A stretch of DNA of 64,000 bases from Acidobacteriota bacterium. GTDB taxonomy: Bacteria; Acidobacteriota; UBA890; WLXD01. The position numbers and the translations under genes were made by a program. Each line of letters starts with the position of its first letter. The stretch's first letter is position 1. Under the pieces are notes generated by a model, which was not told the DNA's origin, did no database searches, and saw nothing but the letters and a program-made list of their open reading frames with translations. Below are positions 39,750 through 48,714 of the stretch, piece by piece. The stretch spans positions 320,001-384,000 of the forward strand of contig CAXWPL010000004.1 in the NCBI GenBank assembly GCA_963666215.2, given 5' to 3'.

Positions 39750-41596
39750 TCAAAGCCCCGACGGGTAATGCGCTCGTAGTTTGCCTGACGAACCCCAAGG
39801 ACGGTCGAGGAGATCCTCCCAGCGTGCCAGCACCGTCGACAGATCGTGCTGCGAGGCCCGCTGTCGCGCCTCGGCCCCGAGCTGCCCACGGAGATGAGGG
39901 GAGCGCGCGAGTCGCTCGATGGCGCCGGCCAGGCCCTCGGCGTCGCCGGCGCGGAAGACCAAGCCGGTGATCTCATCTGTCACCAATTCCAGTGGCCCGG
40001 GCGAAGCGTCGCTGACATCGCGGGAAGGCCGCAGCTCATCGCCTCGAGCAGAGCATTGGGCGACCCCTCGTGGATCGACGGAAGAACGAGGATGTCGGCC
40101 GTTTCGTAATGACGGTAGACGTCGTCCACCTGTCCGTGCCAATCCACGCGCTCGGCGACGCCGACGCTCCGGGCATATCGCCGAAGATCGCCTTCGAGCT
40201 CGCCCTGCCCGACGACCGATAGGCGCCAGTGAACGAGATCGCCCGGCAGGGCCGCGAGCGCTCTGAGAAGGAGGGCGTGGTCCTTCTGGGGATGCAGGCG
40301 CCCGACGATCAACATCCTGGGGCCGGGTAGGTCGCTGCTGTCGCGTCAGTTTGAAATCTGACGCACTACCGCCTGTTGTCAGCACCGAGCTGAGATAGAA
40401 GGTGGTACGAACCGCGGGGCAGGTCAGCGCATTGTGGCGAGGCGTTGGAATGTCGCGCGGGCGCGATCTTCCAGGCCCGCCGGCACGGCCACGGCCGCTC
40501 GACTCTCTCCAATCGCATCCACGGTGACCTCGAAGTTGGCCGACCGGCTGTGGGGCCAACCGCCAGAGCGTAGAAGTCGAACAGCGCGTTGAAGTCGCAT
40601 CGGATGATTCGGTCGCGGGTCGAGTGGCCAACGCTGACGCACCAGGTCACGTCCTCGAGCTCTGTGCCGATGACGATCAAGAGCGGAAGCTTTCCTTGCT
40701 TCACCTGGACGGTGATCTGTGTCGGGCCTTCCCCGAGCCACGTCACGATGAACAACATCCTGGGGCCGGGTAGGTCGCTGCTGTCGGCGGTCGACTTGGC
40801 TGGTGGCTTGACAGGGCTTGACAGGGTTGGGCACGCAGGCGAGGCGCTCCGGAGCCACGTAGTCCTTCATCGCTTCAATCGCACCGAGGGTATTGGCCGT
40901 CACGACGTCGGCGTCGCCGTAGAACCCGCGTCGCAGCGGGTTCCAGGGGAAACGCAGCACCTGGCGTGCCGGATCGTTGCGCTCGGAGATGACAAGATGA
41001 TTCGGCAGTTTCTCACAAGCCAGGATTGAGGCCACATTGGCGGATCCGCAGAAGCTGATGACGTTGTGAGCGTTCGCGTGTTGGATTGCTTTGCGAAGCG
41101 CGCGAACTCGAAGGTAGGTGGGCAAGTGGAGTTTCCACACCCCCCGCGACCAGCGACGGCGGAAGACGGCATGCTGGAACTGAGCCAAGCCTTTGCCGAA
41201 ACGCTCGCGCAGCGACCTCGGCCCATCGGCGACCGCATGCGCTTCAACGCCTGCCCCAGACAACGGCGAGCGCCACAACGCGGCCGCCTTGACCCTCGGC
41301 GTCTCGATGGCCTCGCGTATCGCCATGAGCAGCCGCACCAACGGGTTCGTGCCTTCCCAGTCGGGTATCGAGATCAGACGCACGCTCGAATCCAGCGAGT
41401 AGAGAACCTCGTGCTGGTACAGCGCGATGACAGTGACTCTCAGCCCGCGCCTACTCCAGGCATTCGCAAGCATCGACACCACCCGCTGGACTCCTCCATC
41501 TCCGAGGTGGGGACAGATCAGAGTCAACGCCGGGCACGATGTCGTTGCGCTCTCGGCGGTGTTTTTCGAGTGGCCCAAGTCGGGTGCTTCTTCCAA
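39750..41596 (-). pseudogene. GT4 glycosyltransferase, paralogue of the 19.3-21.3 kb GT4, disrupted
   Basis: LTLICPHLGDGGVQRVV shared with the paralogue; 10-bp duplication (40805-40824), 409-bp insert and a 1-bp deletion near 40018 break the frame. Confidence 0.8.
40310..40786. mobile_element. 409-bp insert flanked by 34-bp direct repeats, with an IS1-like end motif
   Basis: CAACATCCTGGGGCCGGGTAGGTCGCTGCTGTCG at 40310-40343 and 40753-40786; CGTCAGTTTGAAATCTGACGCACTACC at 40344-40370. Confidence 0.6.
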
Positions 41597-41853
41597 GATC
41601 AGTCTCTCACCGTCGATGCCGGGTCGGTGCGGTCGACCCCTCCGGAAGGGAAATCAGTTTCGCGCGTTGCTCTTGCTGGCCGGGATGAGCGCCCGGAAGA
41701 GCCGATGAATGCTAGCCGGAACGTCGGGCCGAGAGAAGCGCTGCATCTGAACTCTGCGAGGAACTGGAACCATAGCCTGGCCGGAGCCTCTATGATCTCC
41801 TCCTATCGGCGCTCCTTCATGTCTCCCGAGCGTCCGCAGGCGGTCCGCAGGCA

Positions 41854-43035
41854 ATGAAGGTCATCCTCCTCATCCCCCGACTCGGCGTCGGTGGTGCTCA
41901 AAGGCAGATCCTGCTGCTGGCTCGTGGGCTCGACCGGTTGGGGCACGACGTCACGGTCGCGAGCCTGGCGCCGGCGACGCCGCCCACAACGGATGCATCG
42001 GTCGCCGAGGCCGCCGCGCGAGGAGACGGGGCTTCCGGGCCGCCGACGGGGGCGGTTCGGCTGGAGCAACTCGGCCGAAGCAACAGTCCCTCCGCGCGAA
42101 CGCTGTCGGCTCTCCTGCGTCTCGTCGAGCGGGAGCGGCCTGATGTCCTCCACTCCTATCTCCCGTCGGCCAACATCGCGGCCGCGCTCGTCAAGCGCGT
42201 CCGGCCCGAGACACAGGTGGTGTGGGGCCTGCGCATGACCGAAGGAGAGCCCGGGCCGTATCACCTCCTGCATCGGTTCGTCTTCTGGCTCGAACGCCGC
42301 CTACCGTGGAAGCCCGACCTCTCGATCGCCAACGCTCCCTCGGTCCGACGGGCGGGCATAGCCGCCGGATTACCCGCGGAACGAGTCGCGGTCATCCCGA
42401 ACGGCTTCGACTCCCACGAATTTCGGCGTGACCCCGGCGAGCGCGAGCGTACGCGCGAAGCCTGGGGCATCGACGCGGACGAATGCCTGATCGGAACGGT
42501 GGGACGGTTGGATCCGATGAAGGGACACGAGGTGTTCCTGCAGGCCGCCGTTCGTCTTCTCGCCGATGACCCCGAGTTGCGCTTCGTGTGCGTAGGCCCC
42601 GACTTCCAGAACCGCCGCCGCGAGCTCGGCCAGATGGCGAAGCAACTCGGCATCGCCGAGCGGATCTCCTGGGTCTCGGCGACTACTCGCATCCGCGGGG
42701 CCTACAACGCCCTCGACGTCCTCTGTCACCCTTCTCTCTTCGCTGAGGGCTTTCCCAACGCGGTCGCCGAAGCTCTTCTTTGCGAAACACCCTGTGTCGC
42801 GAGCGATGTCGGCCACAGCCGCCAGATCCTCGGGGAGGAGGGCGCCGTGGTCCCGGCGGGAGACCCGGATGCGCTCGCCGCTGCGACGCTTGCGGCCCTC
42901 CAGTCGCCCGAACGCGATGTGGCGCTCGCCGGAAGGGAAGCGAGGCAGCGGATCAGGGCAGAGTTCTCCGAGCGCTCCCTGGTCGAACGCACGGAGGCGG
43001 CACTGAGGACCGTGGTCGATGGACCACCTGGCTGA
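41854..43035 (+). CDS. GT4 family glycosyltransferase
   Basis: GGAQRQ, VIPNG, VGRLDPMKGH, EGFPNAVAEA. Confidence 0.92.
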   Translation: MKVILLIPRLGVGGAQRQILLLARGLDRLGHDVTVASLAPATPPTTDASVAEAAARGDGASGPPTGAVRLEQLGRSNSPSARTLSALLRLVERERPDVLHSYLPSANIAAALVKRVRPETQVVWGLRMTEGEPGPYHLLHRFVFWLERRLPWKPDLSIANAPSVRRAGIAAGLPAERVAVIPNGFDSHEFRRDPGERERTREAWGIDADECLIGTVGRLDPMKGHEVFLQAAVRLLADDPELRFVCVGPDFQNRRRELGQMAKQLGIAERISWVSATTRIRGAYNALDVLCHPSLFAEGFPNAVAEALLCETPCVASDVGHSRQILGEEGAVVPAGDPDALAAATLAALQSPERDVALAGREARQRIRAEFSERSLVERTEAALRTVVDGPPG

Positions 43036-43089
43036 AGCTGCGGGCCCAGCAGACCGACCCTTGAAGCCCACCGCGTGCAGGCAGGCTGG

Positions 43090-43809
43090 CTATGGCCGCA
43101 CATCCTGGCCCGGCACCGGTCCGGACTTCGCGAAGGTTGTGCGGAGGCGGCGATGCTCGACACCGAGAAAGTCGAGCAACGGCCGCGCGAAGCCCTCGGG
43201 AGCGGTCTCGATACTCTGGTTTCGGGTCAGCTCCTCGTACGTCACTGTGTAAACGGTCTTCCTGCGCAGCATCCGCGTGAACTCCTTCTGCTGAGCAGCG
43301 ATATTGATCGTGCGCTTCTCAATTGCTTCCAGGTCGACCTCGTAGATCTCGGGGGGCTCGTCGCCGACCCTGAAGTGGGCACGATGCCGATCCCCGTGGA
43401 TCCTCTGGTCGATACGGTTTCGCGCCTGACTCAGGGCGACTCCGCGCGGATCTCTCAGTAGGTGGATCACCTTCGTCTTCTTGAAATCGATGGCGCTCGG
43501 TCGACGCTTCCACTGCCCGTAGTGAATGGTGGCTCCGACCTTCCTGCCTTCGATCCGACGCGGAACTCGGCCATTCAACAGAATCTCGCCATGGGTCCTG
43601 ATCAAGGGATGCGAGCTCAAGAGGCTCATCAGGAGGTGCGAGCCACTCCTCTGGGTCGTGATCAGCACAAAATCGAGATCGAAGGGCTCCGGCGTGTCGG
43701 CGCCTCTCGATCGCCATTTCCTCCAGCGACGGAGGATCGGCCGGAGCGCCTTGGCGATCTGAGGAGGAAGCCGATGAACGAACGCCAGGATGTTGTCGCG
43801 CATCAGCAT
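43090..43809 (-). CDS. Sulfotransferase (Stf0/NodH-like)
   Basis: TTQRSGSHLL..LLSSHP...GEI, IHLLRD...S, VTYEEL. Confidence 0.8.
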   Translation of the reverse strand: MLMRDNILAFVHRLPPQIAKALRPILRRWRKWRSRGADTPEPFDLDFVLITTQRSGSHLLMSLLSSHPLIRTHGEILLNGRVPRRIEGRKVGATIHYGQWKRRPSAIDFKKTKVIHLLRDPRGVALSQARNRIDQRIHGDRHRAHFRVGDEPPEIYEVDLEAIEKRTINIAAQQKEFTRMLRRKTVYTVTYEELTRNQSIETAPEGFARPLLDFLGVEHRRLRTTFAKSGPVPGQDVRP

Positions 43810-43972
43810 CGCTGAGGTTGATAGCCGCCTGGCTGTCGGGACACCAATAGAATACGAACCGATCTTGTCTTGTCCGGAGTCTATCTTGCGTCCATGGCGC
43901 GCAGCGCCACAGCGCTATGATCCCGGACGCGACGTCCTGTATGCCGCCAACGTTCGCTAGGATCTGTGCCCC

Positions 43973-44689
43973 ATGATGATGACTTCCTTTGCCCGGCGAC
44001 TGTTGTCTCGTCCCTCGCGACCTCACGACCTGACGCTGCTGGACTCGCCCACCTTCGACAGAGTCAACGTCCAGCCTCTCGTCGAGGCCGTCTGTCGTCA
44101 TGCTTCTCTCAGCCTCGAGTCGTGTCTGGACGTGGGCTGCGGGCCGCGACCAGGGGATCGCTGGTTCGCCAGACACGCCAGCGGCCCAGAGCCACGATTC
44201 GGCGGCGCAGATATCGACCCTGTGGTCCTGCAGGAACTCGCGGAGCGAGGGATCGACGCGGTCGATCCACGGACGACGGAGCGCGACCTGACCAGCGACC
44301 TGGTCATGGCCAAGGAGGTGATCGAGCACCTTCCGGCGGCCGAATGTGAGGACTTCGTCGACCTGTGCGCACGGAACACGAAGAAGGTGTTCGCGCTGAC
44401 GACGCCCAACTTCGAATACTGGCAGGGTCTGAGGGCAACCGACGCGACGAAGGAGTGTCGCTGGGTCCCCGACCACTTCAAGGACTTCCGGCCCGAGAGC
44501 AGCAACCCCCACACGCACAAGCAGGAAATGACGCCCGAGTCGGTCGGTGCCTACCTCGAGAAGGCCTTCCCTTCGCCCACCTGGCAGCGTCGGGTCTATC
44601 GGGCGTGGCCCTGGACTTTGCGCGACGAGGCCCGCGGCACGGAATGGCGGCTCTACTTCAAGATCTTCGCGCTCGCCTGGCGCGCCTGA
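43973..44689 (+). CDS. Class I SAM-dependent methyltransferase
   Basis: LDVGCG, GADID, EVIEHL, LTTPN. Confidence 0.85.
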   Translation: MMMTSFARRLLSRPSRPHDLTLLDSPTFDRVNVQPLVEAVCRHASLSLESCLDVGCGPRPGDRWFARHASGPEPRFGGADIDPVVLQELAERGIDAVDPRTTERDLTSDLVMAKEVIEHLPAAECEDFVDLCARNTKKVFALTTPNFEYWQGLRATDATKECRWVPDHFKDFRPESSNPHTHKQEMTPESVGAYLEKAFPSPTWQRRVYRAWPWTLRDEARGTEWRLYFKIFALAWRA

Positions 44690-44699
44690 CGACGACATC

Positions 44700-46649
44700 T
44701 CAACGCGGTTCCAGACGGATGGAGTCGAACTGAGCCGCGAGTCGTCGTGAATCGTCGGATAGCTCAAGCTCCGCCGGTGATACGGCATATCTGAAACGGA
44801 ACGCAATACGCACCCAACCGCTTCCTGGCCTGATCTCGAACGAGGGGTCGAGTTCGTAGCGAATGAAGCCCGGGGCGAGCGAGAAGGACTCGACGAGCCG
44901 GTCGCCAACCCAAACCTCGACGGTCTGCGGGCCCGAATTCGGATCGACGAAGGGGGCCGCCACGAAACTCAGGCGATACGAAGCCTCCCGGAGGCGGGCC
45001 AGCAGAACGAATTCCGGCAGCGATGCCCAGCGGAACGTTCTCCCACCGTCATCTTCACGCCCGAACAGGGATCCGGTGAGGAACAGCTGGTCGCCGTCGC
45101 TCCCCACATCAACGTCCAGCACACGGTGTCGGCGTGCCGGCGCGCGATCCAGGAAATCGACCGGCACGCCGTGACGCAGGGCAAACGTGATGGCGCCGGG
45201 CAGCGCGAAGGGGTTACCCATCCGCTGACTGATGAGCTCGGTCATCCGCGAAAAAGGGACCGGATCGCTGAGGGTTATCTTGCCCTTGCGCGTCTCGTCG
45301 ACGAGCAGCAGGTTCAAGACCACGATGCTGGCGACGATTATCGCAACGGGCACGAGCGGCCGCCTGCGAAGCTCGTGGATGCTTGCGGCCAACCCGAACG
45401 CGAAAGGCATCGCGCATGCCACGAAGCGCCGCGCACCAAACGAGGCGCCGCCGTCCCATCCTGGCGACGCCGCGTTCGCTACTACCTGCAAGGCGACGAC
45501 GGAACCCAGCCCCAGCGCCAGCCCTCGATCGTGCCGCAACAAGAAGGGCAGTCCAAGGATCGCCAGGGCGAGAATCGGAGAGCTGGAGACGAGTCCGTGC
45601 TGCGGCGAGAAGAGAACCTGCAGCGGACTGAACTCGACGAAGAGATCTTGCAGCGCAAGGTATTCGCGCATGAACACAGCTCCACCAATGGCGACGATCG
45701 ATCCGAGCCCCAATGCGAGGCTGACGGTTGCCAGCCGGCGAGCCGTCAGACGGTGCATCCAGGCGGTCGTCGAGTCTCGACTCCATGCGCGAACCAGGCC
45801 GTCGACAAGCGGGACTGCGGCGAACAGTACGTTCTGTGGCCGTACCAGGATCATGGCTACGCCGGCAATACCTAGCAGACACCATCTGGCACGAGTCGAC
45901 TCCTGCCTGATCGCGAACCACACGAACAGGAACGAGGTTGCAGCGAACAACGAGACGCCGTGCGACATGCTGTTCTCGATCGTCAGGTACCAGACGATCG
46001 GCGTCGCCAGCACTATGGCCACTACCGCGACTGTAGTCGTCGCACGGTCGAATTCTCGCCGGACAGCCTGGAAGATCATCGTGAAGGCGGCGAACCCGTA
46101 GAGCAGAGTGCCCAAACCAACCGCGCGTTGATACGGATTCGCAAAGCCGTCGCGCACCTGTTCGTCGCCCAGCAGGTTCATCAGGCCCAGCCAGACGTGA
46201 GCGAGGAGCATGAACGGTGTCCAGAGCAGGGCGGTACCGATGGGAAAGCTCACGTCCCGTTCTCGAGCCCTGAACAATTCGATGTCGTTGGCGAAGTCGA
46301 GATCACCTTCGATCGCGATTGACCTCGCCTGCGCGAAGTAACCGCGTCCGTCGCTGGCAGCACGCATGTAGCCCACGTGAAACAAGGCCAACAGCACTGA
46401 GAACACGGCGAGCATCACCCAAAAGCCGTCGCTCCTTCCACTCCACAGACGTGGTGGCGAGCCCCGACCGTTGTCGTTGCTCATGCGCTCCATCTGGCGC
46501 GCAACTCCGACGCACGCCCAGCCCAGCAACACCCACCACGCCAACCCCATCAACCGTAGGTCGATCTTGAAAAGCACGACGTGCCAGATACGCAGGAGGG
46601 TCAGCGCGAGTATCGCCATCGACACCCACCACACGAAGACCCTCGTCAT
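44700..46649 (-). CDS. GT-C-like polytopic membrane glycosyltransferase
   Basis: Many TM helices; SDGRGYF, FPIGTALLW, VRPQN, W.GGASFGARRF; soluble beta-rich C-terminal domain. Confidence 0.7.
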   Translation of the reverse strand: MTRVFVWWVSMAILALTLLRIWHVVLFKIDLRLMGLAWWVLLGWACVGVARQMERMSNDNGRGSPPRLWSGRSDGFWVMLAVFSVLLALFHVGYMRAASDGRGYFAQARSIAIEGDLDFANDIELFRARERDVSFPIGTALLWTPFMLLAHVWLGLMNLLGDEQVRDGFANPYQRAVGLGTLLYGFAAFTMIFQAVRREFDRATTTVAVVAIVLATPIVWYLTIENSMSHGVSLFAATSFLFVWFAIRQESTRARWCLLGIAGVAMILVRPQNVLFAAVPLVDGLVRAWSRDSTTAWMHRLTARRLATVSLALGLGSIVAIGGAVFMREYLALQDLFVEFSPLQVLFSPQHGLVSSSPILALAILGLPFLLRHDRGLALGLGSVVALQVVANAASPGWDGGASFGARRFVACAMPFAFGLAASIHELRRRPLVPVAIIVASIVVLNLLLVDETRKGKITLSDPVPFSRMTELISQRMGNPFALPGAITFALRHGVPVDFLDRAPARRHRVLDVDVGSDGDQLFLTGSLFGREDDGGRTFRWASLPEFVLLARLREASYRLSFVAAPFVDPNSGPQTVEVWVGDRLVESFSLAPGFIRYELDPSFEIRPGSGWVRIAFRFRYAVSPAELELSDDSRRLAAQFDSIRLEPR

Positions 46650-46659
46650 GTTTTCATCG

Positions 46660-46818
46660 TCATAGCTTGGCGAGCCCGAAATCGAGGATGTCGAGGCCGA
46701 CCCCGGCGGCTGACTCCACCGACGGGCGTCGCCCCTTCAGCCACGCACGCAGCGACATACCGCCGGCGCCGAGCAGTTCGAGGATTTCGTAGGGGCCTAG
46801 CCGAGTTCCGCGTTCCAT
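46660..46818 (-). pseudogene. Internally deleted Ser/Thr protein kinase relic, 52 codons
   Basis: GTRLGPYEILELLGAGGM (subdomain I) joined via 21 aa to DILDFGLAKL (subdomain VII). Confidence 0.75.
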
Positions 46819-46883
46819 CCGCGGAAGCCTATTCGCTACACATGTCCATTGCCACGGCCGACGATCCGGCCCTTCAACAGGGT

Positions 46884-47128
46884 GTCTCCAGCCGTCTCCA
46901 ATATGTCTCCACGACTGGGGTCGACTCCAGGGGACTGGACGGGACTCCAGGGCACTCAAATGGAGGCGGCAAGTCTCGACTTTCCAAATACTTGCGCCGA
47001 AAGTCGTTTGCCATCAAGTAGTTAGCGAGATCGCGCCATTCGGGTTCAATTCCCGCCGCCTCCACCTTTAACTTGTTGTCCTTTACAGACTTACAAGATT
47101 GCGCCCGCCCGTCTCCAAAATGTCTCCA
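46884..47128 (+). repeat. attP-like junction: arm repeats, ssrA core, arm repeats
   Basis: GTCTCCA at 46884, 46894, 46905 and 47111, 47122; GACT every 10 bp at 46913-46946; core at 47041-47067. Confidence 0.8.
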
Positions 47129-47232
47129 CATTTTGAGGCGGGTTTTGGTGCGTTTAGCAGGTCAACAGCGGCTTCGAGCGCCGCCGGCGACAGGTGCATG
47201 TAACGCATCGTTGTCGTCAGGTCAGCATGACC
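47083..47232 (-). pseudogene. Tyrosine integrase C-terminal relic
   Basis: GHADLTTTMRYMHLSP (catalytic His/Tyr box II), truncated at an IS3-like IR at 47236. Confidence 0.85.
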
Positions 47233-47235
47233 TTC

Positions 47236-47508
47236 TGACCTGACCCCACCGTTGGTACCACGTCGTATCTTAGTAACTCGGTGCTTTGACCCCACCCCGG
47301 AATCAGTACCAGTCAGAGGTTTAGGATTCGGTGTTCCGAAGCCTCCGGTTGCCAGCCCCTGGCGAACTCCGTAGGAGTTCGGTCCTTCAGTGAGCTGTGT
47401 GGTCGCTGCGTGTTGTAGTCGATTCTCCATGCCTCGAGCTTGTGCCGAGCGTCCTCCATCGAGAAGAACAGCTCGCTGTTATGAGACACTCATCTCGAAG
47501 CCGGCAGG
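47236..47508 (-). mobile_element. IS3-family relics: IR fragments and transposase C-terminus
   Basis: Manual translation ELFFSMEDARHKLEAWRIDYNTQRPHSSLKDRTPTEFA; TGACC(TG)ACCCC-type ends at 47236 and 47287. Confidence 0.75.
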
Positions 47509-47736
47509 TACTCACCGTCTCTAGCCGTCGCCACGCCAGAGAGCTGATTCAGCGATCGTCGGGGCGGTCGGGCGGCCAGGCCGACCGCCATCACGGGCAC
47601 GCCGCGCGGCAAATAACTACTGAAACCTGGTTCCACGACGGCGCCTACGTCACCGAGCGCGGCGGAATCCCGTCACTCTTGCGCATGGGTTGGCGATCTT
47701 GGCAGTTGTTGTCGACCCTGGCGCCTATCGGCGTCG

Positions 47737-48699
47737 GTGCAACGTCCTGCCCTGGCGGGCGTCGTCGCAGCCGCGCTTCTGTGCGCGGCGGCCGCCTGCC
47801 AGTCTGCCGAGCCGCCGGCTACCGGCGATGCAACTTCGAGCACCCCCTCGGCCGACGCCGACTCGTCGGCAGCCGCAACCGACAGCGGGCTGGTCGAGTT
47901 CTCCGTGGAGGACTTTGCCTTCGCGGCACCGCCGCGGCTGCGCTCCGGTTGGAACACGTTCCGCATGACCAACACCGGTGAGCAACCACACTTCATGCAG
48001 CTGTGGCAGCTGCCGGAGGGCCACACCTTCGACGAGTTTGTGGCCGATGTGGCGACTCCATTCCAGGCCGAGTTCGACCGCTACGTCGGTGGGGAAACCA
48101 CGCAAGCCGAGTTCTTCGAGACTCTGGGCGCCTTGATGCCGCAGTGGTTCTACGACACCGCGCCGATGGGCGGAGTGGGGCTCACCGCCCCAGGCCTCAC
48201 CTCCGAAACCGCGTTGCAGCTCGAGGCCGGCGACTACGTCATGGAGTGCTACGTCATCTCACCCGACGACGAGATGAAGTTCCACGGCGTGCTCGGCATG
48301 CTGCGACCGCTGATCGTCACCGACCAGAGCACCGGGCAGCAGCAGCCGGCAGCCGACGTCCGCGTCACGCTGACCAACTTCGCCATCGAGATCGAGGGTG
48401 AGCTCACCGCGGGCGAGCACACGATTGCCGTGCACGCCGCCGAGGGCGCCGAGGGCCTGGTGCAGCACGACCTGCACCTGGCGCGCTTGAGCGAGGACGA
48501 CTCGCTCGACGAGTTCGTCGCCTGGATGAGCTGGGTCGACGGCATGCGCGCGCCGGCGCCGGTGGAGTTCCTCGGCGGCGTCGACCACCTGCCCGCCAAT
48601 GGCACCGGCACCATCACGGTCACGCTCGAGACCGGACGCTACGCCTGGGTCTCGGAGCTCGCCGCCCAGGGAATGGTGCACGAGTTCGTCGTCGAATAG
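47737..48699 (+). CDS. Lipoprotein with two cupredoxin-like repeats
   Basis: Lipobox AAAC; NTGEQPH, GDYVMEC...H...GM; second degenerate repeat. Confidence 0.65.
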   Translation: MQRPALAGVVAAALLCAAAACQSAEPPATGDATSSTPSADADSSAAATDSGLVEFSVEDFAFAAPPRLRSGWNTFRMTNTGEQPHFMQLWQLPEGHTFDEFVADVATPFQAEFDRYVGGETTQAEFFETLGALMPQWFYDTAPMGGVGLTAPGLTSETALQLEAGDYVMECYVISPDDEMKFHGVLGMLRPLIVTDQSTGQQQPAADVRVTLTNFAIEIEGELTAGEHTIAVHAAEGAEGLVQHDLHLARLSEDDSLDEFVAWMSWVDGMRAPAPVEFLGGVDHLPANGTGTITVTLETGRYAWVSELAAQGMVHEFVVE

Positions 48700-48714
48700 C
48701 GGTGATTCTTGCCG

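Larger units (their letters stand above)
15978..47067. mobile_element. Genomic island integrated at the ssrA 3' end (~31 kb), glycan-modification cargo, no intact integrase
   Basis: Exact 27-bp direct repeat CGGGTTCAATTCCCGCCGCCTCCACCT at 15978-16004 and 47041-47067; arm-type repeats; IS-rich accessory cargo. Confidence 0.9.

Noticed and set aside
47030-47067. Possible tRNA gene
   Set aside because: Only a T-arm and acceptor 3' strand identical to the ssrA end; it is the att duplication.
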